A stretch of DNA of 64,000 nt, taken from contig NMRA01000099.1 in assembly GCA_002633005.1 (NCBI GenBank), positions 575,633-639,632 of the forward strand. Direction: 5' to 3'. The position numbers were made by a program, and so were the translations under genes. The notes below the pieces were generated by a model. It was not told where the DNA came from. It made no database searches and saw only the letters and a program-made list of their open reading frames with translations. The first letter of the stretch is position 1. Each line of letters opens with the position of its first letter. This document shows positions 42,601 to 50,500 of the stretch, piece by piece. This stretch comes from Phoronis australis. Its lineage: Eukaryota > Animalia > Phoronida.

Positions 42601-45600
42601 TGAGAGAAAACAACTGAAACCAGCTGCCTTACCGTCTATTTTATCTTTTGACAAAGTGAAAAGCAGTCCTTCAGCAATAACCCGAGAGAACTGAACCTCT
42701 CAATTCAGAAAGTCAGCCCTTGACATCCCCGATTGTGGCTTCTGTTGCATTGGGAAAATTACAATTGTTTTTAACAATGTTGTTCCTTTGTATGAATGTG
42801 GTTGTTCAGTTTGCCATTTTGTCTTTAAATACGCTGATTATTGTTTATTCTCAAATCTTGTGCATAGTAGATTCTTATCCATCTAGCTACGATTGAAAAA
42901 GTACTATGCTTGCATGTGGAACTTTTGTTATAGACAAGTTAACACAAAACATAAGACTGTTCGAAGACCTTCTTAAGAAAGATCTAAAAATAGTTACACA
43001 CATAAACAAATCAAATACAAACAAAAATAATACTTCATTTTGATCGCCGTATATTTCTATAGGTCAACAGGAAAATCACAATTCGCAAGCGTAATCGGTA
43101 ATCATTTCAGCTTTATAGAGAAGCAGCACAACTGCACTGTATGGGACTTTAAAACTGAAGAAATATTGTGGTTTAAATAATTAGTGACAAACTGTCCTGT
43201 TGATAAAAATTTATTCGATCATCAAAGTGTAACATTAAAGAACTTTTTAATGACAATAAGACAATCGATGCAGTCACTGAATGTTATTTCCACATAATGT
43301 GTACCAAACTGAAAAGTTTTTACCATTTAGTATAAAGCCTTTCTTTTGAAAGGAAAAGTTAATATCACTCAGTGAGAAAGGACATGTGTTTATACCAGAT
43401 GCTTTTGGTTTTCACTTCACTGGGATCTAGTTTCAATGGCCTATAGAAGCGCTTGTAAAAAAGCTTAAGTTTCGGCATGTGGCGTTCCTTTTTGTAACCT
43501 CATTCAGCCTCAATAACATCCACAATTAGATCCTTGAAGGTAAACACAACAGCATATCACTTGACTCGCTTCGTGCCCAAAATCTGACCCTGAACTAGAC
43601 CACAGTGTTACTACCTAGGTCTTCTTTAGCTTCAGTCCTTCATGGTTCTTCCAGGAAAGGAAATAAGCCATTGTTGTCCACGCACATGACTCATTGCCTA
43701 TGAAAGGGCATCCTCACCATTGAGTCTGGCTGGTGTAGCAGTCAGATATAGTTCCTCTTCACACACACAAACAATCTACAGGAACATTTTCTCATGGTAA
43801 CTTAGTACTGCGATTCACATTTCTCCAGGGCCACTGGCTTGTACATTGTGCAATGCAGCACTGCTTGTGTGTGGAGATGCTGTGGGAAGAGAAAGGAGTA
43901 ACAAAGCTTGTCTATGTTGCGACTTAAAGTGGCCTACAAAATGTCACTGAACCTGGAACAAATATTGAAACATGAATAATTAAGTACTCCAGGTTGGGTC
44001 AAAAATGTTGCCACTGATATCTGTTGGTAACTGCTCTAGAATTTCACAAAAACTTAAGTAATTAGTGTTACCAGAAAGCAAGGGTGTATATAATAATAAT
44101 AATAAAACTGCATCTTTATTCTTCATTCCTAGCCATAACAATTCTTCAAACGCATCACTTGCCTCCAAATAAGGAAGTCATTTGAGACACCTTCAGACCT
44201 TTGTTACCCATTTTCAAGCCTTTTGATTTTTTATACTTTCGGTAACTTTAAACACCGATTACAAATTCATGGGTTTGCCAAGCACACCTCTGGTCTAAGG
44301 CTTAGGGAACCATTTCTCAGATTTTTTTTATTTTTCTTCTGATAGAAGACATGAAGACTTGGGTTATTTAAAAATGATGGATAATCTTTCTGTTCTTTAA
44401 GAGTAATAAAAATGGTAAGCCACATTTGCTTGCGTACTGGCAGTAAGAATAATATGTTCAAATACAACCTCACTGGTATGTTCACAGCAAAAATGCAATT
44501 TTCACGAAAAAATGACAGTCATATGAATTTATAAACGCCGACTTGCAACATTTCAAGGCATGAGTTAAGACTGTTCAGTCACTGAGAATTCAAAAAATGT
44601 CATATATTTTTATGGGTCTGCAATGGATAGCAAAACAGTTTCATGAAACTTGAAAGAACTTCATGAAGGTCAAGAATTGCGTCACTATGCTCTTTCCCCT
44701 GGACACTGTTACCTGTTATTTCCACACATTCAGTTGCACCAAATTTTACAACCCCAATCCCTTATGCCAACCTCCTGCTAAAAACCTGAATGAGTAAATA
44801 AACATAACAAAACAACTTACATACCTTTCTTTAAAAATAGCTGTCTCTTACTCTTTTGAAAGGCTTTGTTCGTTGTCTCCGATATACAAAATAGGCTTCG
44901 ACAACAGATCTGCACTGGATGGGAAGATCTTGCTGGTTAGCTGCAGTCAACTGCTTAAAACCAATTTTTGTACATTCAGGGACGGTTGCAGAAGCGATGC
45001 ATATTTCCTCTGTACGGTACTGGCCCTCAAACCTAATAACCAAAGGTCAGGTGAAAACAGACATGACATATTTCCATGTCAACGTTTAATAGATTTCCAG
45101 ACGATTTAGCATAGGGAGTAAACAAATAGTCTAATGGATATTTGCCACGTACCCTTTGGGCTTGGATTGTAATCTTACCTCACTAACCATTATCGAGCTG
45201 ACAGCACAAACATTCAGCATTGATTGATGTAAACTTTCATTGATAAACCTCTTAGAAATCATTTCAAACAATAATACTGCTCTGATGTATGAAAAGATCC
45301 CGAGTGCTACGTCACGTATCGTAACACACATCACAACAAACAGTGATTAACCCGACTGGCAACTGCCACGAAGTTGACATCGGCCAATACCATCACAGGC
45401 ATCAGTATTGTAAACATGGAATAATCATTAAAATAATAAAAAACCTTACCTTTCTATAAGGTCATGCTTACTTCTTCTCATAGAAGCACCCTTTTCAAGC
45501 AATCACAGATTCAGTTAGCATGGCTGCAAGCCATTTCACCATGTATTTAAAGGGCTCGTGAAATCAAGGCTGCTTAATCTGTCACCACTAGTACATGCAA

Positions 45601-46408
45601 TTGTTGAATAGCCCCATTTCATTTGCTGTAAAGGTTCAAGATGAAATCTCAAAAATGCAGTTGCAATTTCTAAATTTTGATTTTGTTTAGTTTCATCTAG
45701 GACTGATATGAAATTATGATAAAACTGTCAGGTTTCATGCATTTTTTCATTTTTTCATGAAAATCATTAAAAGTTGATAGCCCTGTTGGAAAAATAAATC
45801 AATTTAAAAACAATCCAGAGTCAGTCAAATTTTGGACATTGTTCTAGGGTCTTGAACTTAAAAAGTGTTGTTTCTCATTTTTCTGCCATACATTATTTTT
45901 TAGGGTTCAGAAGATGTCTGCAAGATTGTGATACAAGAAACATTTTGCAATGAGATAAGTAATTCCTACAAGTTTCGCCCACCGAATAACAGACCCGATA
46001 TTCAGTGCATCTCTAAATGAGGGATCACTATATTCGACAAGTACCTGTAAAAAGAATCAAGACGTTTGTTTTCCTTTTTTAACTTATTGTTGACTTCTGC
46101 CCCTCTGGCTCTTCAAGGTGACCTGCATCAAATAAAGCCTATTTGAATTGTCTGGGTTGGCCAATATATGTACATGCCCGGTAGTATGTGCTGAAAAATG
46201 AGATTGCGATAATCTTCCGTGGTTGAGCCACAGGCGCATAAGTGAAATTGAATCAAATCAGGCAACAAGATGTTGGCCTATATTGCCTAGAGTATAGGAC
46301 TATAGGAAAATACACTCACTGAAGACGGAGCGCATGTATGGTGTTTCCGCAGTGTCGTTTGAGAGGGGACAAAATCGCAATGCATCTCTTTTTCTTTTCC
46401 CCAGACAT
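15422..46408 (-). CDS. GLT1D1: GLT1D1-like glycosyltransferase (GT-B fold), whole gene span, 11 coding exons, 1089 nt / 362 aa
   Basis: Exons 46408-46320, 38478-38333, 36719-36614, 35771-35720, 34124-34088, 33078-32932, 31336-31275, 29601-29558, 22538-22418, 19486-19388, 15607-15422. All have GT-AG ends and compatible phases. The protein is colinear with human GLT1D1 as recalled (GNT, GIH..SGR.L, PFGI..SGTDVN, GIRPVKDP, INTS.AEG.S.AILE EX7E motif, GVPV..R..PGN, ETGL.FS). Confidence 0.93.
16520..17260 (+). repeat. Second copy of the GCCACTAG-unit repeat family (~143-bp period, 5 units)
   Basis: Motif starts at 16571, 16715, 16857, 17002, 17143. Confidence 0.65.
17553..17910. mobile_element. 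Terminal fragment related to the 60092-60585 element
   Basis: AAGGTAATGTAG...CAAATTTGGC..AACTTCAGAACATCAT..CAGAAATGGCTCATCG aligns with the reverse complement of 60480-60586. Confidence 0.6.
19388..19486 (-). CDS. GLT1D1: GLT1D1 exon 10 (ACLLGVPVMVRRNPGNMALITNNETGLVFSSKQ)
   Basis: Acceptor CCTTTTCAG, donor CAG|GTATAA, 99 nt. Confidence 0.92.
19496..19623. repeat. Tandem duplication, 2 x 64 bp
   Basis: TATGGAGGACATATCATGATGACGTAATAC...GACAAGCTTGACGT at 19496 and 19560; two substitutions. Confidence 0.92.
21345..21446. repeat. Tandem duplication, 2 x 48 bp
   Basis: ACGTCACAAATCTGTTTGTATTTCAATTTAATCCCCAATTTCT... at 21345 and 21393. Confidence 0.92.
22418..22538 (-). CDS. GLT1D1: GLT1D1 exon 9 (MANVVFIPGLP...INTSVAEGCSQAILE)
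   Basis: Acceptor GTTTTAG, donor GAG|GTAGTG, 121 nt; EX7E motif. Confidence 0.92.
24069..24247. mobile_element. ~180-bp MITE, family copy 1
   Basis: Perfect 17-bp inverted ends AATTGACCTATCGCAAG / CTTGCGATAGGTCAATT. Confidence 0.85.
24951..26882. mobile_element. Non-autonomous TIR element with AAAAGTAGG subterminal repeats, interrupted by a foldback element
   Basis: Perfect 16-bp TIR CAGGCTTTCAAGCATT / AATGCTTGAAAGCCTG, flanked by the direct repeat GACA. Confidence 0.8.
25131..26651. mobile_element. ~1.5-kb foldback (long inverted repeat) element
   Basis: Arms are reverse-complementary over ~750 bp each (e.g. CATCACCTACCATTGAA / TTCAATGGTAGGTGAT); ends GTTGGAGAACCAG / CTGGCTCTCCAAC, each flanked by TA; internal subrepeats. 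Confidence 0.85.
27127..28285 (+). repeat. Interspersed element with internal diverged ~150-bp tandem units carrying CCACYAGRWGGCGC motifs (Helentron/HINE-like)
   Basis: Starts ACAAGAG followed by the hairpin CAACGCGGAGCGTTG; repeated AAATTT..AAGATCC and GCCACTAG blocks; relatives at 16520-17260, 33410-33565 and (reverse) ~21770-21910. Confidence 0.65.
28626..28769. repeat. Tandem repeat, 3 x 48 bp
   Basis: Unit CTACGCATGGGCCAGGCTAATGGTCTACTTCTCTAACTTTTGAAACTT at 28626, 28674 and 28722; one substitution. Confidence 0.95.
29558..29601 (-). CDS. GLT1D1: GLT1D1 exon 8 (LDEEYFPKFKSAIEE)
   Basis: Acceptor ATTTTCCAG, donor GA|GTAAGT, 44 nt; phases fit exons 7 and 9. Confidence 0.82.
30199..30690 (+). 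repeat. Dispersed repeat, near-colinear with 41003-41480; partial extra copies at ~29970-30195 and ~30700-31095
   Basis: Shared GACAGCGTT.TCCCGTTCAGTGACTTTACC, TATGACAACAGGCATGCCAATTATCTACC, GAGATTAGAGCAATTATCGAACAAAAGAGAGCT. Confidence 0.8.
30805..30962. mobile_element. ~160-bp MITE, family copy 2, inserted in another repeat
   Basis: Shares AATGTCGACAAACAAACAAT and CTGATTGG..CATCACTCAAAATCC with copy 3; AATT at both ends. Confidence 0.75.
31275..31336 (-). CDS. GLT1D1: GLT1D1 exon 7 (DYCSLYGEESPNTFLCIIGPV)
   Basis: Acceptor TTTGTTTTCAG, donor GTA|GTAAGT, 62 nt. Confidence 0.87.
31747..32222. other. 128-bp direct duplication (31747-31874 / 32095-32222) abutting the N at 32094; probable assembly join
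   Basis: The second copy begins at the base after the N; one mismatch between copies. Confidence 0.75.
32932..33078 (-). CDS. GLT1D1: GLT1D1 exon 6 (VKTNPSNF...GGIRPVKDPLFVVQAFS)
   Basis: Acceptor GTTTTAG, donor G|GTATTG, 147 nt; R..K motif typical of GT-B enzymes. Confidence 0.92.
34088..34124 (-). CDS. GLT1D1: GLT1D1 exon 5 (PQVKGKISRICHG)
   Basis: Acceptor TTTTTTCCAG, donor G|GTAATT, 37 nt; resembles human PHAKGKVYVQSQG. Confidence 0.85.
35720..35771 (-). CDS. GLT1D1: GLT1D1 exon 4 (YALTLTQAGIDQASNTW)
   Basis: Acceptor GATTACAG, donor TGG|GTATGT, 52 nt; phases fit neighbours and it ends in the conserved Trp. Confidence 0.85.
35865..36042. mobile_element. ~180-bp MITE, family copy 3
   Basis: AATTGACCTATCGCAAG ... 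GGCGAAAAGTCAATT; reverse orientation relative to copy 1. Confidence 0.8.
36614..36719 (-). CDS. GLT1D1: GLT1D1 exon 3 (CHLPFGIVLSGTDVNG...AAISKA)
   Basis: Acceptor GTTGCAG, donor AG|GTACAT, 106 nt; GTDVN motif. Confidence 0.92.
38185..38300 (-). mobile_element. tRNA-derived SINE remnant
   Basis: - strand reads AGGTCACGGGTTTGAGTCCCAC (B-box-like T arm) with a degenerate A-box upstream; no cloverleaf. Confidence 0.5.
38333..38478 (-). CDS. GLT1D1: GLT1D1 exon 2 (NAVVSCGYECLVQD...AIGIHALHSGRILK)
   Basis: Acceptor TTTTCCCCAG, donor G|GTATGT, 146 nt; part of ORF 38316..38552. Confidence 0.9.
39211..39618. mobile_element. Palindromic MITE/foldback built from ACGGACTCA(C/T)AAACACG-type subrepeats
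   Basis: GTACCTAAACTACACG ... CGTGTAGTTTAGGTAC termini, ~190-bp arms; diverged relative at ~63800-63995. Confidence 0.85.
41003..41480 (+). repeat. Dispersed repeat, copy of 30199-30690
   Basis: Long stretches identical to the 30.2-30.7 kb copy. Confidence 0.8.
41841..42649 (+). pseudogene. Fragments of a THAP zinc-finger (transposase N-terminus)
   Basis: IAIKRVNQVTKSVWMPKLHAPC at 41841-41906 and an AVPTIF-box-like RKQLKPAALPSILSF at 42605-42649. Confidence 0.5.
43427..43952 (-). pseudogene. Decayed YqaJ / lambda-exonuclease-like (PD-(D/E)XK) gene of a DNA transposon
   Basis: Manual translation across stops and frameshifts gives, in order: FSDIL; LHTQAVLHCTMYKPVALEKCE; CRLFV; YLTATPARLNGEDAL; GLKLKK; LVQGQILGTKRVK*YAVVFTFKDLIV; MPKLKLFYKRFYRP. 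This order matches the YqaJ motifs. Confidence 0.7.
46320..46408 (-). CDS. GLT1D1: GLT1D1 coding exon 1 (MSGEKKKRCIAILSPLKRHCGNTIHALRLQ)
   Basis: ATG at 46408; donor CA|GTGAGT, phase 2; resembles the human N-terminus L.L..HTGN..TA.R. Confidence 0.85.
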
Positions 46409-46988
46409 CTCAACCAGGCTGTTAGTCCGAGGAGAGCTCGCTCCGCGATATCCACTCACGTCACATGATTGCAAGATAACGAAATGATCGAGTGTCTAGC
46501 TGAATTTTGACACCACTCGGCACCGAACTGTCACCGGATGTTTATTATTCCTGCATTAAGTTAAATTCGAGTGAAGTATTCGATCTTATAATTATAATTT
46601 TAATACATTAAAAGGTTTAGAAGAGCTTTCAATGAAAGGGAATTGGGTGTAGTTTGAAAAAAAGTTAGTTCTCATTTAGTGAGAGAACTAACTTCGAATA
46701 TAGATCACGTGACTTATCGTGTGGATCATGTGACATTTACAGCGGAAAAAGCAAGAAAGCTTGAGGACACAAATTATCCTCGAGTCTTGATAAGTTTAGA
46801 ATGATAACAAGTAATGCCGCCATTCAGTTATCCTGCTTAATAGCGTCAATAACAGTTTCGTCAAGGGCCGAGGGAGCTACCGAACTTTTTGTCCGACGAA
46901 GTCTTAGAGCTGGCTGACCAGTGCAGTACCATTCCAGGGGCAATGCATTACAGTGCTGACTTGTAACTCTACGTCGTAAACAGGCACG
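46409..46988. promoter_or_regulatory. Bidirectional promoter / 5' UTR region shared by GLT1D1 and SLC15A4, with CLEAR/M-box-like motifs
   Basis: 580 bp between divergent ATGs; ATCACGTGAC at 46704-46713, ATCATGTGAC at 46725-46734, and its exact reverse complement GTCACATGAT at 46460-46469. Confidence 0.7.
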
Positions 46989-47588
46989 ATGGAGTCAGAC
47001 TCCGCTGACGAAAGACGAGCTTTACTGCAAAAAAGACTAGCCTACAACAGAAGTCCATCATCTTATGATGGAAGGCGGAGAATATCATGCGTGGCAATTT
47101 TATTAACGCAAACCCTTGAGAGAATTGCTTTTTATGGAATATCCGGAAACTTGGTACTCTTTTTGAATCTGGATCCTTTGTTATGGATATCTTACAATGC
47201 TGTGAATGCTCTAGCTGTCTTCTCAGGGACATCTTACGTCATGGCACTTGTTGGCGGAGGTTTGGGGGATACCTTTGGGAGATACAGAACAATATGTATT
47301 GCATTTCTCATCTACATTGTTGGCTATTCCATGTTTCCTCTTATATATCCATATCCAGATTACTTTCCTTTTGATAAACATGCACCGCTGAAACCAGATC
47401 CATCAAAGCTTTTGTTCTGCAATGTCCCCAATGAAACTGTTCATAATGCCTCATACTTTCCGACTTTGTCGCCAATACGTTTGCCTGGAGATGAGAGATG
47501 TTCCTGGATTATTTACTTGACTCTGGTTGTCACAGGCATTGGAACAGGGATCGTGAAAGCAAACATTGCGCCATTTGGTGCTGATCAG
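46989..47588 (+). CDS. SLC15A4: SLC15A4 exon 1 (M...PFGADQ)
   Basis: 600 nt open frame, donor CAG|GTTGGT. Confidence 0.95.
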
Positions 47589-50500
47589 GTTGGTAATAAT
47601 AACTTAGTAACTTGAGCATTGTGTATCATTGATATTTGTGGTTTTGTAATTTAGTATACGCTGCTTACCAGATCCTCTGATACAAGTAGTATACAGAGTG
47701 ATGAGTCAATATCAAATCATGCTTTGTAATTGTTCTCGTAACAATTTTCAATTTTGCAAATGGATTTGTCACTGTAAACATCTCCAGTTTGGGACAGTTT
47801 TTAAAATTTGGGACTTCGAAATTCATGTCAAATTCAAATTTTCTTGATTCTGAAGATTGAAGCATGGGCAATTTTAGTGTTAATTGTATTTCCCAAGTAT
47901 TGGACAATGCATATTTTATCAACGGAATCTGAAAATAGTCTTGGCAGTTCATAAAATTATTGAAAATAGCCCGCGCTGATGCGACATACACTTTCATGTG
48001 TAACGGAAGTATATGATGACTTCTTGTTGAACGTATTTCTTGAACTGGGTTCTTCCAACATTCGCCGTTTCTAAAATTTGTTTCAAGCTCCAACCTTGAG
48101 CAAAATAATTAATTTTCCTCCATCTGATGCTTTTAAGATATGTTTTGTACGATTTGTTGGATTTGCTATAATTGATTGTATGCAAGATCTCTAGAGTTAT
48201 CTTTTTTCACCTTTGCTTAGGTGAAGCAGGAAGGTAATGAAGCGATGAGGGTCTTCTTCAACTGGTTCTATTGGTGTGTCAACATCGGCGCCTTCTTAGC
48301 GCTCACAGTCGTTGTCTACGTCCAGCAAGTCATCAGTTTCTTCTACGGCTTCGTGATTCCTCTCGTGTGCCTCGTCTTAGCAGCTGTCATTTTCATAGTC
48401 GGCAAGTGCCTTGATTTGTTTCTGTGTGAATGTGCTTGGCCTATTTAAAGCAGCTGTAAACCTACCCTCTGTCACAGCGCCACCTATATGGAAAAGTGGC
48501 CCTGTGATGTGATAATGAAAGAAATCAGCATGTGGGCATCAGTGCACATGCTTTGGTTTGGACGTTTGTCATATACCTGCTTTGATACCAAAAAGAATGG
48601 CGGACGGTTTTGTTGTCATTTTGTTTGATGCCTTGTAATCTTGCTTGAAAAAATACCAACTTCAGCGGAATCATTGATTTACCTGGTAACACTCGGAAGA
48701 AATGCACTCAAAACCACGTTCAATATTCTTCACAAGCACATTTGCTATTGCAAAGCTACGTCATCACATTTTTATTCCTTTTTTGAGATCCATGAGACTT
48801 CACAATAAAATGCCTGGAGTTCCTTCGACAGCCACATAGTGTCTACACATGAACATTAACCATCTTGACAAGCAAACTTAATGACACAATAATGGTGAAT
48901 GAAGCAATAAAATACTCTCAATTCTATTGTAGCCCAGCAATCCTTTCTTATCTGAGTAAAGAACAAGTGATTGAAACCAAGAGGTCGACAGAATACCTAG
49001 GTTAATTGCACCGTTATTAGATAGCATCAGTCCTTGTCACTTTTTCAGTAATCAGTATTAACAGCTTTCGTAATACTATCAGTGCATTAAGTATAAAATG
49101 AAACAGTAATGTAGTTTTGTTTTGAAATTTCTAAACAATTGTAATACCATGTTGAAAATATCCTGTGTTTTCATCACCGTTTATACTATGTAGTTATAAT
49201 GAATTATCATACACCAGGGATAGTACATTTAACTAGTACAGTTTTACCAAAAATTATAGTTCTTATGAAGTTGGTCAATAATTATGTAGCTTTGTCTGGT
49301 TGAAAAAAAAACAAGGTCATTGACTTTATCCAGTGGAAGGTGCATGAACACCTTCTGTAAAGACCTTATGATATTTGGGCAGGTACTCCTTAAGTTGTGT
49401 GTATTGTGATCTTGTTCAATTGAGAATAATTGTCCACCAAAAGCTGCTATGCACCCACATTTTGCCAAAGATCCTAAATTTTGAGAGACCGTTTGCTGAT
49501 GCTTCAATTTAGAGATTTCTTTCTGCAACTTTTGTTTTGGGGTCACTGTGCTCTCTCAATAATCTCTTTGGAAAGAAATTATGTCGGGGCTTTGACCTTG
49601 CAAACAAAACTTGTTGACTGAATTTTGTAATCTTCAGGGTTGTGTCAGGTCATTTGTCCCACTAACCCTTCTGAGCACCTGATATCAGATGATATTGTCT
49701 TTGTAACAGGAAAAGTACACCGCGAACACTAACACTGCAAACAGGAGTCAAGAATGGATCATGACTTTTGTGAATAATATTTTTGAAATGAAAATGTCAC
49801 TTAATGGTCACTTTATCTTCACCTTTGGTCATACAAATCAGACAAATTTGATTATGCCTTCTGAAATTGGGCCATGTCATTGTTGATCTTGTAACTGGAC
49901 ATATTTTACCTACTTGAAAGCACTCACCTTGAAGAAGTGAGGATAGAGTGAGAAAAAAAACGACTTGAGTATGCGCGCACCCAGGGGAGGGGCTCAAGTG
50001 AGCTCCTCCATTTGGCGAAGTGGACAAAAAGGTCCGCCTCAGGGCTACAAAAAGTCTGAGAAAATGAGACAAAAAGTCAACTAAAAAGACGTAGGTGCAC
50101 AATTCACAGCTCTGGACGTGGTACCCCGTTTTTTTTAGTCTTTCGGCTTTTTTGTATTAAAGGCTGGGTGCGCGCATGTTGAGTGTGAACTGTTAACAAA
50201 TAAAAACTTGGATCTACGTTATTGTAAATGTGTGAAACTAGGTGCTATGAGTATTTATTGTTGTATAAGGGAACCCGTTTGTTTTTTCCTGCTAGGGGGA
50301 TGTTGTGCCCATCACACAACGCCATCTGGCAGCGTGTTACTGAATGTATTCAAAGTGCTTAAAGAAGCCATTCACCTGTGCTACAAAAGGTCACGAAATA
50401 GGCGCACCCTCAGGTATTTTTTTCTTCGTGGTAAATGGTGTCAAAAGTTTCAGCTACCTTTGAGACGTCGAATCAAACTTTCACATTACAGAGTGATGTT

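Noticed and set aside
47665-48093. 142-aa minus-strand ORF in SLC15A4 intron 1
   Set aside because: Overlaps a dispersed repeat (AATTTTCTTGATTCTGAA family, also near 24600 and 32690); no protein motif
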